Source: Spirochaetaceae bacterium (GTDB taxonomy: Bacteria; Spirochaetota; Spirochaetia; DSM-27196; PXBQ01). From it: a stretch of 15,651 nucleotides of DNA. Both the position numbers and the translations under genes were made by a program. The stretch is taken from assembly GCA_007695285.1 (NCBI GenBank), contig REEC01000072.1, forward strand, positions 1 to 15,651. Reading direction: 5' to 3'. The notes under the pieces were generated by a model. That model was given only the letters and a program-made list of their open reading frames with translations, did no database searches and was not told the DNA's origin. Of this stretch, positions 1-7,152 are shown in pieces. Each line of letters starts with the position of its first letter. The first letter of the stretch is position 1.

Positions 1-31
1 CGACGACCGCTACGCGCAGAGTCTCATCCAT
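1..31 (-). CDS. 5' end of an unknown CDS running off the window (MDETLRVAVV...)
   Basis: Minus-strand ATG at 29-31 lies 6 nt after GGAGG (plus-strand cctcc, 38-42). The frame stays open to the window edge. Only ~10 codons are visible. Confidence 0.25.
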   Translation of the reverse strand, partial: MDETLRVAVV

Positions 32-157
32 AGTCATCCTCCGATGCGCAAAAATATTGGCCGATAGTATCACATCGCGTGCGTACGTGTCGCACGTCTG
101 CAATACCTGCCGTGAAAAAGCGTCAACCTGGGCACAACGCCGGCAAATTCGCCGAGT

Positions 158-187
158 TTGACAGTTCGATCGTGAGGGGGGTACAAT
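158..187 (+). promoter_or_regulatory. sigma70-type promoter: TTGACA (158-163), 18-nt spacer, TACAAT (182-187)
   Basis: Perfect -35 and -10 hexamers. The spacer contains a G6 run (176-181). It sits ~45 nt upstream of the GGAGG-ATG at 238. Confidence 0.5.
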
Positions 188-237
188 AAACGCTTACGCA
201 CCGAGCAAACCGGATAGATTCGGCGATGGAGGTACGT

Positions 238-2076
238 ATGGCACTCCGGTTCATCACGATCGACTCGCCAAAAACCGCGTTCATCGCAGGCATGCTCGAG
301 GCGAACCCCGAGATCGTGACTGCGATCCGCGCCGCGTCGGACGTTGAAGACGCGCGCCGACGCGTGTTCCGGTACGTAACCGACCAGGAGCAACGCGTCT
401 TTTTGAACTCGGCCGGCGCGGGCCCGATAGAAACGGCGACGCGTCGGGCCGCCGGCGACGTGCTCAAAGCGGTTTTTTCGCCGTACAACGAAAAAAAATG
501 CGGAACCTCGGCGCTCGCGCCGCTGCGAGACGCGCTCACGGCGAGCGACACGGCCGGTTGTGCGCCGGTGTCGGCGGGTTTTCTCGAGGAGTTCCGGCGC
601 CTGTTCGCCGGCGTCAACGGCGTCGCGAGTCTTCCGTTTGACGATGAGGCTGCGCGCGACGGCGAACCGCCGTGGACCGACGCCGAAGGTGAGCGCGCCG
701 CGTCGTGCCGGCGCTCCGACGAGCTCGACCGGCTCGCCGGGCCGCTGCACGCGCGCGTCGCGAGATATCCGAACGGTCTCGCCCCGCAGCACGTGATACG
801 CCGACGAGAAACCGTTACCCGGATCCGCGGCGCACTCGGCGCGAGCGCCCGCGACTGGAACGACTGGCGGTGGCAGCTCGCGCACGTTTTTCGCGATGAG
901 CGGACGATCTCCGAGTTTGTCGAGCTCACCGACGACGAGTCCGAGGCGATCGAAACCGCCCGGACTCACAGCGTACCGTTTGGCGTCACGCCGCACTACC
1001 TCTCGCTCATGGAACGGAGTTCCGACCGGACGCTCGACCACGCTATCCGCGCGCAGGTCTTTCCGCCTCTCGAGTACGTCGAGTACATCGTTGCGAACGC
1101 CGATCAACGCGGAACGTCGCTGGACTTCATGCACGAGCACGAGACGTCTCCGGTTGCCGGTGTAACACGGAGATACCCGCTCATCGCGATCCTCAAACCG
1201 TACATCTCGTGCGCGCAGATCTGCGTGTACTGCCAGCGAAACTGGGAGATCGAAGACGTGACGTCGGCGCGCGCGATCGCTCCGCGAGCGATGATCGACG
1301 CGGCGCTTTCGTGGTTCTCAGAGCACCCTGCGATCACCGAGATCCTCGTGACCGGCGGTGACCCGATGTTGATGCCCGATGCCTCGCTCGCGGCGTTACT
1401 CGATCGCATCGCGGCGATACCGCACATCGAGCGAATCCGTATCGGAACGCGGACGCCGGTTGCGCTTCCGCAGCGGTTGACTCCTGAGATCGTCGAGATC
1501 CTCGCGAAACACCACGTTCCCGGCCGCCGCGAGGTCTGCATCGTGACGCATATCGAACACCCGTTCGAGCTCACGCCGGAAACCGTACGCGGGGTGACGC
1601 GCATCCGCCGAAAGGGCATGAGTCTCTACAACCAGCGCGTTTTCACGATCGAGAACAGCCGAAGATTCGAGAGTGTCGCGACACGAATCGCGATCAAAAA
1701 AATCGGAATCGATCCGTACTACACCTTCAACACAAAAGGAAAGGAAGAAACTCGCGCGTATCGCGTCCCGATCGCGCGCATCCTGCAAGAGCGGAAAGAA
1801 GAGGCCCGGATGTTGCCGGGAGTCGTACGGACCGACGAGCCGGTGTTCAACGTGCCCGGTATCGGGAAGAACTACCTCAGGATGTTACAAGACCACGCGG
1901 TGATCATGATCTCGCCTGCCGGCGAGCGATTCTACGAGTTTCTGCCGTGGGACCGGAACATCGAAGCGACGCACAGTTACGTGCACCGTGATGTTCCGAT
2001 CGAAGGGTATCTCCGTGAACTCAAACGCCGCGGCGAGGACCCCGCTGAGTACGACTCTATCTGGTACTACTACTAG
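238..2076 (+). CDS. KamA-family radical SAM aminomutase (lysine 2,3-aminomutase-like) with a ~200 aa N-terminal extension
   Basis: CAQICVYC (CxxxCxxC) radical-SAM cluster motif, VTGGDPMLM, and a TKGKEE candidate PLP-lysine region. The region WRWQLAHV...TPHYLSLM...DHAIRAQVFP matches the KamA N-terminal fold. GGAGG sits 5 nt before the ATG at 238; the ORF-track start at 226 is less likely. Confidence 0.8.
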   Translation: MALRFITIDSPKTAFIAGMLEANPEIVTAIRAASDVEDARRRVFRYVTDQEQRVFLNSAGAGPIETATRRAAGDVLKAVFSPYNEKKCGTSALAPLRDALTASDTAGCAPVSAGFLEEFRRLFAGVNGVASLPFDDEAARDGEPPWTDAEGERAASCRRSDELDRLAGPLHARVARYPNGLAPQHVIRRRETVTRIRGALGASARDWNDWRWQLAHVFRDERTISEFVELTDDESEAIETARTHSVPFGVTPHYLSLMERSSDRTLDHAIRAQVFPPLEYVEYIVANADQRGTSLDFMHEHETSPVAGVTRRYPLIAILKPYISCAQICVYCQRNWEIEDVTSARAIAPRAMIDAALSWFSEHPAITEILVTGGDPMLMPDASLAALLDRIAAIPHIERIRIGTRTPVALPQRLTPEIVEILAKHHVPGRREVCIVTHIEHPFELTPETVRGVTRIRRKGMSLYNQRVFTIENSRRFESVATRIAIKKIGIDPYYTFNTKGKEETRAYRVPIARILQERKEEARMLPGVVRTDEPVFNVPGIGKNYLRMLQDHAVIMISPAGERFYEFLPWDRNIEATHSYVHRDVPIEGYLRELKRRGEDPAEYDSIWYYY

Positions 2077-2107
2077 ACCGCGACTCGCGCTCGGGTCTCG
2101 GACTCGT

Positions 2108-2686
2108 TCAGCGACTCTTCCAGAGCACGCCGAACGTACCGTGGTAACTGTACCGGCCCATGTACGTGCTCTCGGCGAACACCGCGAACGTATCGCTCAG
2201 GAAGTAGTTGGTTCCCTGGAACGACGCGAGCCTGAGCCGTGACGCGTCGACCCACCACCCCGTCGGTTGAATGAGGTCGAAAGCAAGGCCTAACCCGACG
2301 TAGACGTCGAAGTTCGTGAGAAACTCCCACGGCTGAACGAAATTCTTGAACCCCAGGTGAACGGTGCCGAAACCACCTACGGCCGCGGCCATTCCGGATC
2401 CCGCGAAGTAGCCGGAATAGAACGTTACGAGTCCCTTACCGGCGACTCCGAAGCTCAGAGGAACGTGCTCGCCGAGTTTGATGTCCGACAGGATCAACTC
2501 GACGCCCGGGTACGCGCTCAGTCCAAAACCCCATCCCGAGGACAACCCGATCCCCGCCGAGAACGATAGATCACCCGCGGTGAAATGGTGGTCCCAACCG
2601 GACCCGGTGTCTTGCGCCGGCAGCACGACCGCAGCGAGCGCCGTGAGAGCCAAGACAACGATGAAAACCTTCGCAATTCGTCTCAT
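2108..2686 (-). CDS. small outer-membrane beta-barrel protein (OmpW/OmpA-like porin family), signal peptide
   Basis: N-terminal signal peptide MRRIAKVFIVVLALTALAAVVLPAQD. The mature part is Gly/aromatic-rich with alternating amphipathic strands. GGAGGG RBS (2691-2696) precedes the ATG at 2686. Confidence 0.6.
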   Translation of the reverse strand: MRRIAKVFIVVLALTALAAVVLPAQDTGSGWDHHFTAGDLSFSAGIGLSSGWGFGLSAYPGVELILSDIKLGEHVPLSFGVAGKGLVTFYSGYFAGSGMAAAVGGFGTVHLGFKNFVQPWEFLTNFDVYVGLGLAFDLIQPTGWWVDASRLRLASFQGTNYFLSDTFAVFAESTYMGRYSYHGTFGVLWKSR

Positions 2687-2698
2687 TTATCCCTCCAA

Positions 2699-2718
2699 AG
2701 TAGTTTCTCCAAACTACT
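2699..2718 (-). promoter_or_regulatory. 5'-UTR hairpin (AGTAGTTT-ctcc-AAACTACT) just upstream of the OMP RBS
   Basis: 8-bp inverted repeat. On the minus transcript the loop reads GGAG, and TTTGGAG is directly repeated with the true SD TTTGGAGGG. Sits between the rlmD stop and the OMP start. Confidence 0.3.
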
Positions 2719-2776
2719 CGTCTCGGAGAATATTTGCAAGTCTTTTACTCATGTTTGGCGTGGCATGCCACAGCGC

Positions 2777-4174
2777 TTACCGCCGTGTGAGCAACGCGAC
2801 GTTCTCGAGGTGATGCGTCTGAGGGAAAAGATCGACGGGCTGCGCTTTGATGATCGAGTACGTCTCGGCGAGCAGCGCAAGATCGCGGGCTTGTGTCTGC
2901 GGGTTGCAGCTCACGTACACGATTCGCTTGGGAGCGATCCTGATCACTTCCGCGACGGTCTTCGGGTGCAAACCGGCGCGCGGCGGATCGAGCACGACGA
3001 CGCCGGGTTGACCGTTTTCCGTGACGAATGACTCGGTAACGACCTCCGACACGTCCCCATGAAAGAAGCGACAGTTGGTAATCGAGTTCAAGTCGGCGTT
3101 GCGCCGCGCATCGCGGACCGCGTCCTCGACGATCTCGATCCCGACGACGTTGCGCGCCGCCCGAGCGAGGTAGAGCGAAATCGCGCCCGCGCCGCAGTAC
3201 AGGTCGTACACCGTCTCACTACCCGTCAGCTCGGCGAAATCGGCGACGACCCCGTACAGTTTTTCCGCCTGTCGCGTGTTCGGCTGGAAAAAGGCGGTCG
3301 GAGAGATCTCGAACTCCAGGTCGCCGATCCTCTCGCGGATCGCCCCACGACCCCAGTGTACCGTACGCTCGCCTGAGTCCGAGATCTGAGCGAGGCCTCG
3401 ATGATCGGTCGAGACACACGTCGTGATCGCATCGAAGGTTGCCTTGAGATGCTCGGCAAGGCCCGCAACGTCGTCGGCCGATCCGTTCGCGACGATGTTC
3501 ACGAGTGTTTCCCCGGTATTCACGCCGTGACGGATAACGAGGTGACGCAGAAGCCCGTCGTGCGCTCGGGTGCTCCAACAACTGAGCCGATTGGCTCGCC
3601 CGTACGCGCGCGTCTCGTTCACGATCGCCACGCTGAGCTCGGATTGCAGGAAACACTCCTCGATATCGAGCGCTTTTTCGTAGTTTCCCGGCACGTGCAG
3701 CCCGAGCGAAAACCCACGCTCAAACGAGTCGTCGGACGCGATTTCCTCGGGCGTGAGCCACTTCCACGCCGAGAACGAGAACTCCATCTTGTTGCGGTAA
3801 AAGAACGGCGGTTCACACCCGATGATCGGCTCGATCGCGATGCCCGTGAGCCCGCCGCGGTGCTCGAGCGCGTCGAGCACCGCCATTTGTTTCGCGAACA
3901 GCTGCGCGTCGTACGCGACGTGCTGGCGCGTGCACCCGCCGCACACGCCGAAGTAGCGGCACCGCGGCTCGACACGATCGGGGCCCTCGATCAGGATCTC
4001 GACCGTGCGCGCCTCAAGATACTGCTTCTTTTTCCGCGTCACGAGCGCCCGAACCCGGTCGCCCGGCGCCGCACCCGAGGTCAACACGACGATTCCGTCG
4101 AGTCTCCCGACGCACAACCCCTTATCCGCAAACTTATCGACGTCGATCTCGATACTGTCCCCACGTTTCGCCAT
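2777..4174 (-). CDS. rlmD: 23S rRNA (uracil-C5)-methyltransferase RlmD/RumA family (TRAM domain + 4Fe-4S + SAM MTase)
   Basis: TRAM domain (GDSIEIDVDKFADKGLCVGR) and Cys cluster CRYFGVCGGCTRQH. MTase motifs DLYCGAGAISL, VLDPPRAG, YVSCNP. Start is ambiguous between ATG 4174 and the ORF-track TTG at 4210; neither has a clear SD. Confidence 0.8.
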   Translation of the reverse strand: MAKRGDSIEIDVDKFADKGLCVGRLDGIVVLTSGAAPGDRVRALVTRKKKQYLEARTVEILIEGPDRVEPRCRYFGVCGGCTRQHVAYDAQLFAKQMAVLDALEHRGGLTGIAIEPIIGCEPPFFYRNKMEFSFSAWKWLTPEEIASDDSFERGFSLGLHVPGNYEKALDIEECFLQSELSVAIVNETRAYGRANRLSCWSTRAHDGLLRHLVIRHGVNTGETLVNIVANGSADDVAGLAEHLKATFDAITTCVSTDHRGLAQISDSGERTVHWGRGAIRERIGDLEFEISPTAFFQPNTRQAEKLYGVVADFAELTGSETVYDLYCGAGAISLYLARAARNVVGIEIVEDAVRDARRNADLNSITNCRFFHGDVSEVVTESFVTENGQPGVVVLDPPRAGLHPKTVAEVIRIAPKRIVYVSCNPQTQARDLALLAETYSIIKAQPVDLFPQTHHLENVALLTRR

Positions 4175-4223
4175 GCGCGCCACGATAGACGCCGCGCCGC
4201 ATTCGGTCAAGGGTCACGCGCGG

Positions 4224-5753
4224 TCACCGTACGAGACCGATGATGAACTCCCGTCCGCCGCGGTACACGCGGAAGCGTACCTCATCACCGTTCGTCGCGT
4301 TAAGCTCGCGGTAGAAATCCATCACGCTCGCGATCGGCCGGTCGTTCACGCGAGTCACAACGTCTCCGGGTCTCAGCCCGGCGGTCGCAGACGGTGAGTT
4401 CGCGTCGACTCGCGCGGCGGTCACGCCCGTTACTTCACTCGAAAGTTCGAGATTCTCACGGATCGCATCGTCGATCGGGATCACGGTGATGCCCGGCCAG
4501 AGTTGCGATCCGTCGGCGACGGCCCCGTCCGGCGCACGCTCGGCAAGCGTGACGTCGAGCTCAAGCTCGCGCCCCAGTCTCACGATCGAAAACTGCGCGG
4601 TACTGCCGGGAGGAATCAGTCCGACGACTCGGGTGAGGTTGTTCGCGTTTTCGACTTCGCTTCCGTTGATCGCAGTGATGAAGTCGCCCGGGAGAACGCC
4701 GGCTTTGTCGGCCGGGGAGTCGCGGTTGACGTTCATCACGAGCGCGCCCGGCCGTCCATCGATTCCGAGGTCCTCGGCGACGCCAGGGAGCGTTCGCGGC
4801 GCGGCATCGGCGATACTGACACCGAGCCAGCCGTACGCGACGCGGCCGCGTTCAAGCACATCGGTAATCACGCGCTTCGCGGTATTGATCGGGACCGCAA
4901 ATCCGAGACCGACGCTACCACCGGACCGCGACGCGATCCACGTGTTGATCCCGATGATCTCTCCGCGCAGATTCACCAACGCGCCACCCGAGTTCCCTGG
5001 GTTGATCGCGGCGTCGGTCTGGATGTAGTCGGTGAAGTCCGCGATTCCGGATCCGGCACCGGGCCGACGCCGCACGGCGCTGATGATCCCCGACGTGACG
5101 GTCGACTCGAAGCCGAACGGGTTCCCGATCGCGAGCACCCATTCGCCGACGAACGTGTCGTCCGAATTACCGAGCACGGCGATCGGCACGTCTTCTCCCG
5201 GCTCAAAAGCCAGAACCGCGAGATCGGTTCGCGCATCGCGCCCGACGATCGTCGCCTCGAACTCGCGCCGATCGTGTAGCCGCACACTGATCTCACGCGC
5301 TTCGCCGACGACATGGTTGTTGGTTACGACGTACGCGGTCTCGCCACGACGCGCGACGATCACGCCCGACCCGAGTCCGGGCCGCTCGAACTCGCGTTGT
5401 TCTGGAGCTTGCTGACCCGGCCCAAAGAAAAAGTCCCACGGCGACGAACTCCGCGGAATGTTTTGCCGAATCACTTCGATCACGTTAACCTCGACGACGA
5501 CCGGCATCACCTCCTCGGCGACGGCGCGAAAAGAGAGCGAGAGTTGCTCCGGCGTGACCGCTGCGGCCGTCGGCGCAGGCCCGGTCGGCATCGGGTCGGT
5601 TCTCGGTGCCTCGCGCATCTCGATCGGCGCGTCGTTTCGTTCGGGTGTGTTTTCGCGGCTCGGCGCGGACCACATCTGCTCGACAGCCGGGCCAAGGCTC
5701 AACGCGCCGATAAGCGCAAGGGAAGCAAGATAGCTAATCGGTCTTTTTTTCAT
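4224..5753 (-). CDS. htrA: periplasmic serine endoprotease DegP/HtrA (Do family, two PDZ domains)
   Basis: Catalytic-triad context TNNHVVGEA, DLAVL, GNPFGF...GNSGGALVN; two PDZ-like segments; signal peptide. GGAGG (plus-strand cctcc, 5760-5764) lies 6 nt before the ATG at 5753. The ORF-track start at 5774 would place the SD inside the CDS. Confidence 0.9.
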   Translation of the reverse strand: MKKRPISYLASLALIGALSLGPAVEQMWSAPSRENTPERNDAPIEMREAPRTDPMPTGPAPTAAAVTPEQLSLSFRAVAEEVMPVVVEVNVIEVIRQNIPRSSSPWDFFFGPGQQAPEQREFERPGLGSGVIVARRGETAYVVTNNHVVGEAREISVRLHDRREFEATIVGRDARTDLAVLAFEPGEDVPIAVLGNSDDTFVGEWVLAIGNPFGFESTVTSGIISAVRRRPGAGSGIADFTDYIQTDAAINPGNSGGALVNLRGEIIGINTWIASRSGGSVGLGFAVPINTAKRVITDVLERGRVAYGWLGVSIADAAPRTLPGVAEDLGIDGRPGALVMNVNRDSPADKAGVLPGDFITAINGSEVENANNLTRVVGLIPPGSTAQFSIVRLGRELELDVTLAERAPDGAVADGSQLWPGITVIPIDDAIRENLELSSEVTGVTAARVDANSPSATAGLRPGDVVTRVNDRPIASVMDFYRELNATNGDEVRFRVYRGGREFIIGLVR

Positions 5754-5923
5754 CGCAAACCTCCGGTATTCCATGGTCTACCGGTGGATATGCAAAAAAT
5801 ATGCCAAGAGAGCGAAGCTAAATCTATACTAGAGAGTGGGTTATATACACATCAGAATGTGCGACGCCGCGAATCCGAACCGTAATTGTGTCATTTTGAT
5901 ACGTTTTGCCGCAGAGCCGCGTC

Positions 5924-6427
5924 TTACTGTGTCGGCGCGTGTTCCTTGCAAACTCGGCACTGTGGATCGGAGGGGTCGTAGTCGCAGAGAATGTCGTCGT
6001 CATCCTGCCACACGAACTGCACGTGTTTGCAGTTCTCAAAGAACCGGATAAACTTTACGAGGCGCGTCATAACGGGTTTTGACAGACCGTGTTCCATGAC
6101 ACCCGCCGCTTCGCTTGCATCGGCTGTATTGAGACCGAGTACATCGCTCATAAATCGATACACAATCGCGTATCGTTCCGCGACTGCACGCGCGACGCGC
6201 TCGCCCTTCGTGGTAAGCCTCACGGCTCGATACGGGGTGTAATCCACCAAACCGAGTTCGGAAAGCGCACGCAACGCTCCGGTCACCGACGCTCGTGTGA
6301 CTCCCATCTTGTTCGCGATGTCCTTCGAGTGCGCACCGGTAGTTTCATCGGACACCATGAAAATCGTCTCGAGATAGTCTTCCAGATTTGAGCTGATTCG
6401 ATCCTGGCCCGGCAATGAACTCTCCAA
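5924..6427 (-). CDS. DtxR/MntR-family metal-dependent transcriptional repressor with C-terminal Cys4 tail
   Basis: N-terminal LEDYLETIF...AHSKDIANKMGVTRASVTGALRALSELGLV is a DtxR-type wHTH, followed by a dimerisation/metal-site region. The last ~35 aa carry C-x(17)-C-x(8)-C-x2-C. The codon at 6427 is TTG; exact start is uncertain. Confidence 0.75.
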   Translation of the reverse strand: MESSLPGQDRISSNLEDYLETIFMVSDETTGAHSKDIANKMGVTRASVTGALRALSELGLVDYTPYRAVRLTTKGERVARAVAERYAIVYRFMSDVLGLNTADASEAAGVMEHGLSKPVMTRLVKFIRFFENCKHVQFVWQDDDDILCDYDPSDPQCRVCKEHAPTQ

Positions 6428-6441
6428 AGGTTTGATGCCTC

Positions 6442-6470
6442 ATTGTAGGATAGCGTCTCAGCGCTGTCAA
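6442..6470 (-). promoter_or_regulatory. sigma70-type promoter for the DtxR-like gene: TTGACA (6470-6465), N17, TACAAT (6447-6442) on minus strand
   Basis: Perfect consensus hexamers with a 17-nt spacer, ~15-20 nt upstream of the TTG start of the regulator. Confidence 0.5.
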
Positions 6471-6504
6471 CGCGCGAGGAAATGCGCGGGAAAATGGGCC
6501 AAAC

Positions 6505-7152
6505 TCACACGATGTTGCGGTAATAGTATATCGCCAGTTGAGTACGATCGCGGACATCGAGCTTTACGAGCATAACCGAGACGTAGTTCCGAACGGTGCC
6601 GTCGGAGAGATTCAGAACGCCGGCAATCTCTTTGTTCGATAGCCCTTCGGCGATCAACTTGAGGATCTCGGTCTCGCGCGGCGCGAGTCCCAACTGTCGC
6701 GACGCGTCGCCACGCCCGGGGCTGATGATCGATTTGAGTCGATCTGCGACCTCACTCTGAAACACCGAGTGGCCACGATGGACCGCGCGAATACTTTCGA
6801 CGATCGCATCGGCGTCAGAACTCTTCAGGATGTACCCCTCGGCTCCGGTCGAAACCGCGCGGCGGATGTACTCGGTGTCGTTGAACGTCGTAAGAATCAC
6901 GATCTTGACCGACGGCGCGTGTTTCTTGATCTGTTCGGTCGCTTCTACCCCGTCCATCACGGGCATCCGGACGTCGAGAAGAACGACGTCCGGTTGTGCA
7001 GTACGACACATCGAGACCCCTTCCTGCCCGTTCGACGCGGTCGCTACGACATCAATATCTTCGTGCGTATCGAGAATCGCTCTCAGACCGTCGCGCACGA
7101 GGCCGTCGTCATCGACGATCGCGACCCGAATCGGTGTCGACGAGTCAGTCAT
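6505..7152 (-). CDS. NarL/FixJ-family response regulator (REC + LuxR-type HTH)
   Basis: Receiver IRVAIVDDDGLVRDGL...VVLLDVRMPVMDG...KIVILTTF. C-terminal HTH ETEILKLIAEGLSNKEIAGVLNLSDGTVRNYVSVMLVKL. Start MTDSSTPIRV at 7152 is preceded by GAGGAG and overlaps the kinase gene by 8 nt. Confidence 0.85.
   Translation of the reverse strand: MTDSSTPIRVAIVDDDGLVRDGLRAILDTHEDIDVVATASNGQEGVSMCRTAQPDVVLLDVRMPVMDGVEATEQIKKHAPSVKIVILTTFNDTEYIRRAVSTGAEGYILKSSDADAIVESIRAVHRGHSVFQSEVADRLKSIISPGRGDASRQLGLAPRETEILKLIAEGLSNKEIAGVLNLSDGTVRNYVSVMLVKLDVRDRTQLAIYYYRNIV

Noticed and set aside
70-1140. Long antisense ORFs (e.g. 70..1140 -, 3401..4243 +, 4503..5279 +, 6830..7498 +, 6996..8018 +, 7485..8132 -, 8259..9296 +, 10534..11121 +, 12356..12916 -, 12969..13544 -, 14023..14712 +)
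   Set aside because: They are Arg/Ser/Pro-rich and low-complexity, with no motifs and no SD. Each lies opposite a well-supported gene with clear domain signatures. These are typical shadow ORFs of high-GC DNA.
2077-2107. Convergent-gene terminator between the KamA-like gene and the OMP (CGCGA-C-TCGCG)
   Set aside because: It is a palindrome with a 1-nt centre and no U-tract, so a stable intrinsic terminator hairpin is unlikely. The 31-nt gap may rely on other termination.
2760-2771. Possible sigma54 promoter (TGGCAT...GC) at the GTGGCATGCCAC palindrome
   Set aside because: There is no TTGC -12 element at the correct 5-nt spacing on either strand. It is treated only as a palindrome or possible operator.
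5754-5774. ORF-track N-terminal extension of HtrA (MEYRRFA...)
   Set aside because: It would put the GGAGG SD inside the coding sequence. The ATG at 5753 has ideal SD spacing and begins a canonical signal peptide.
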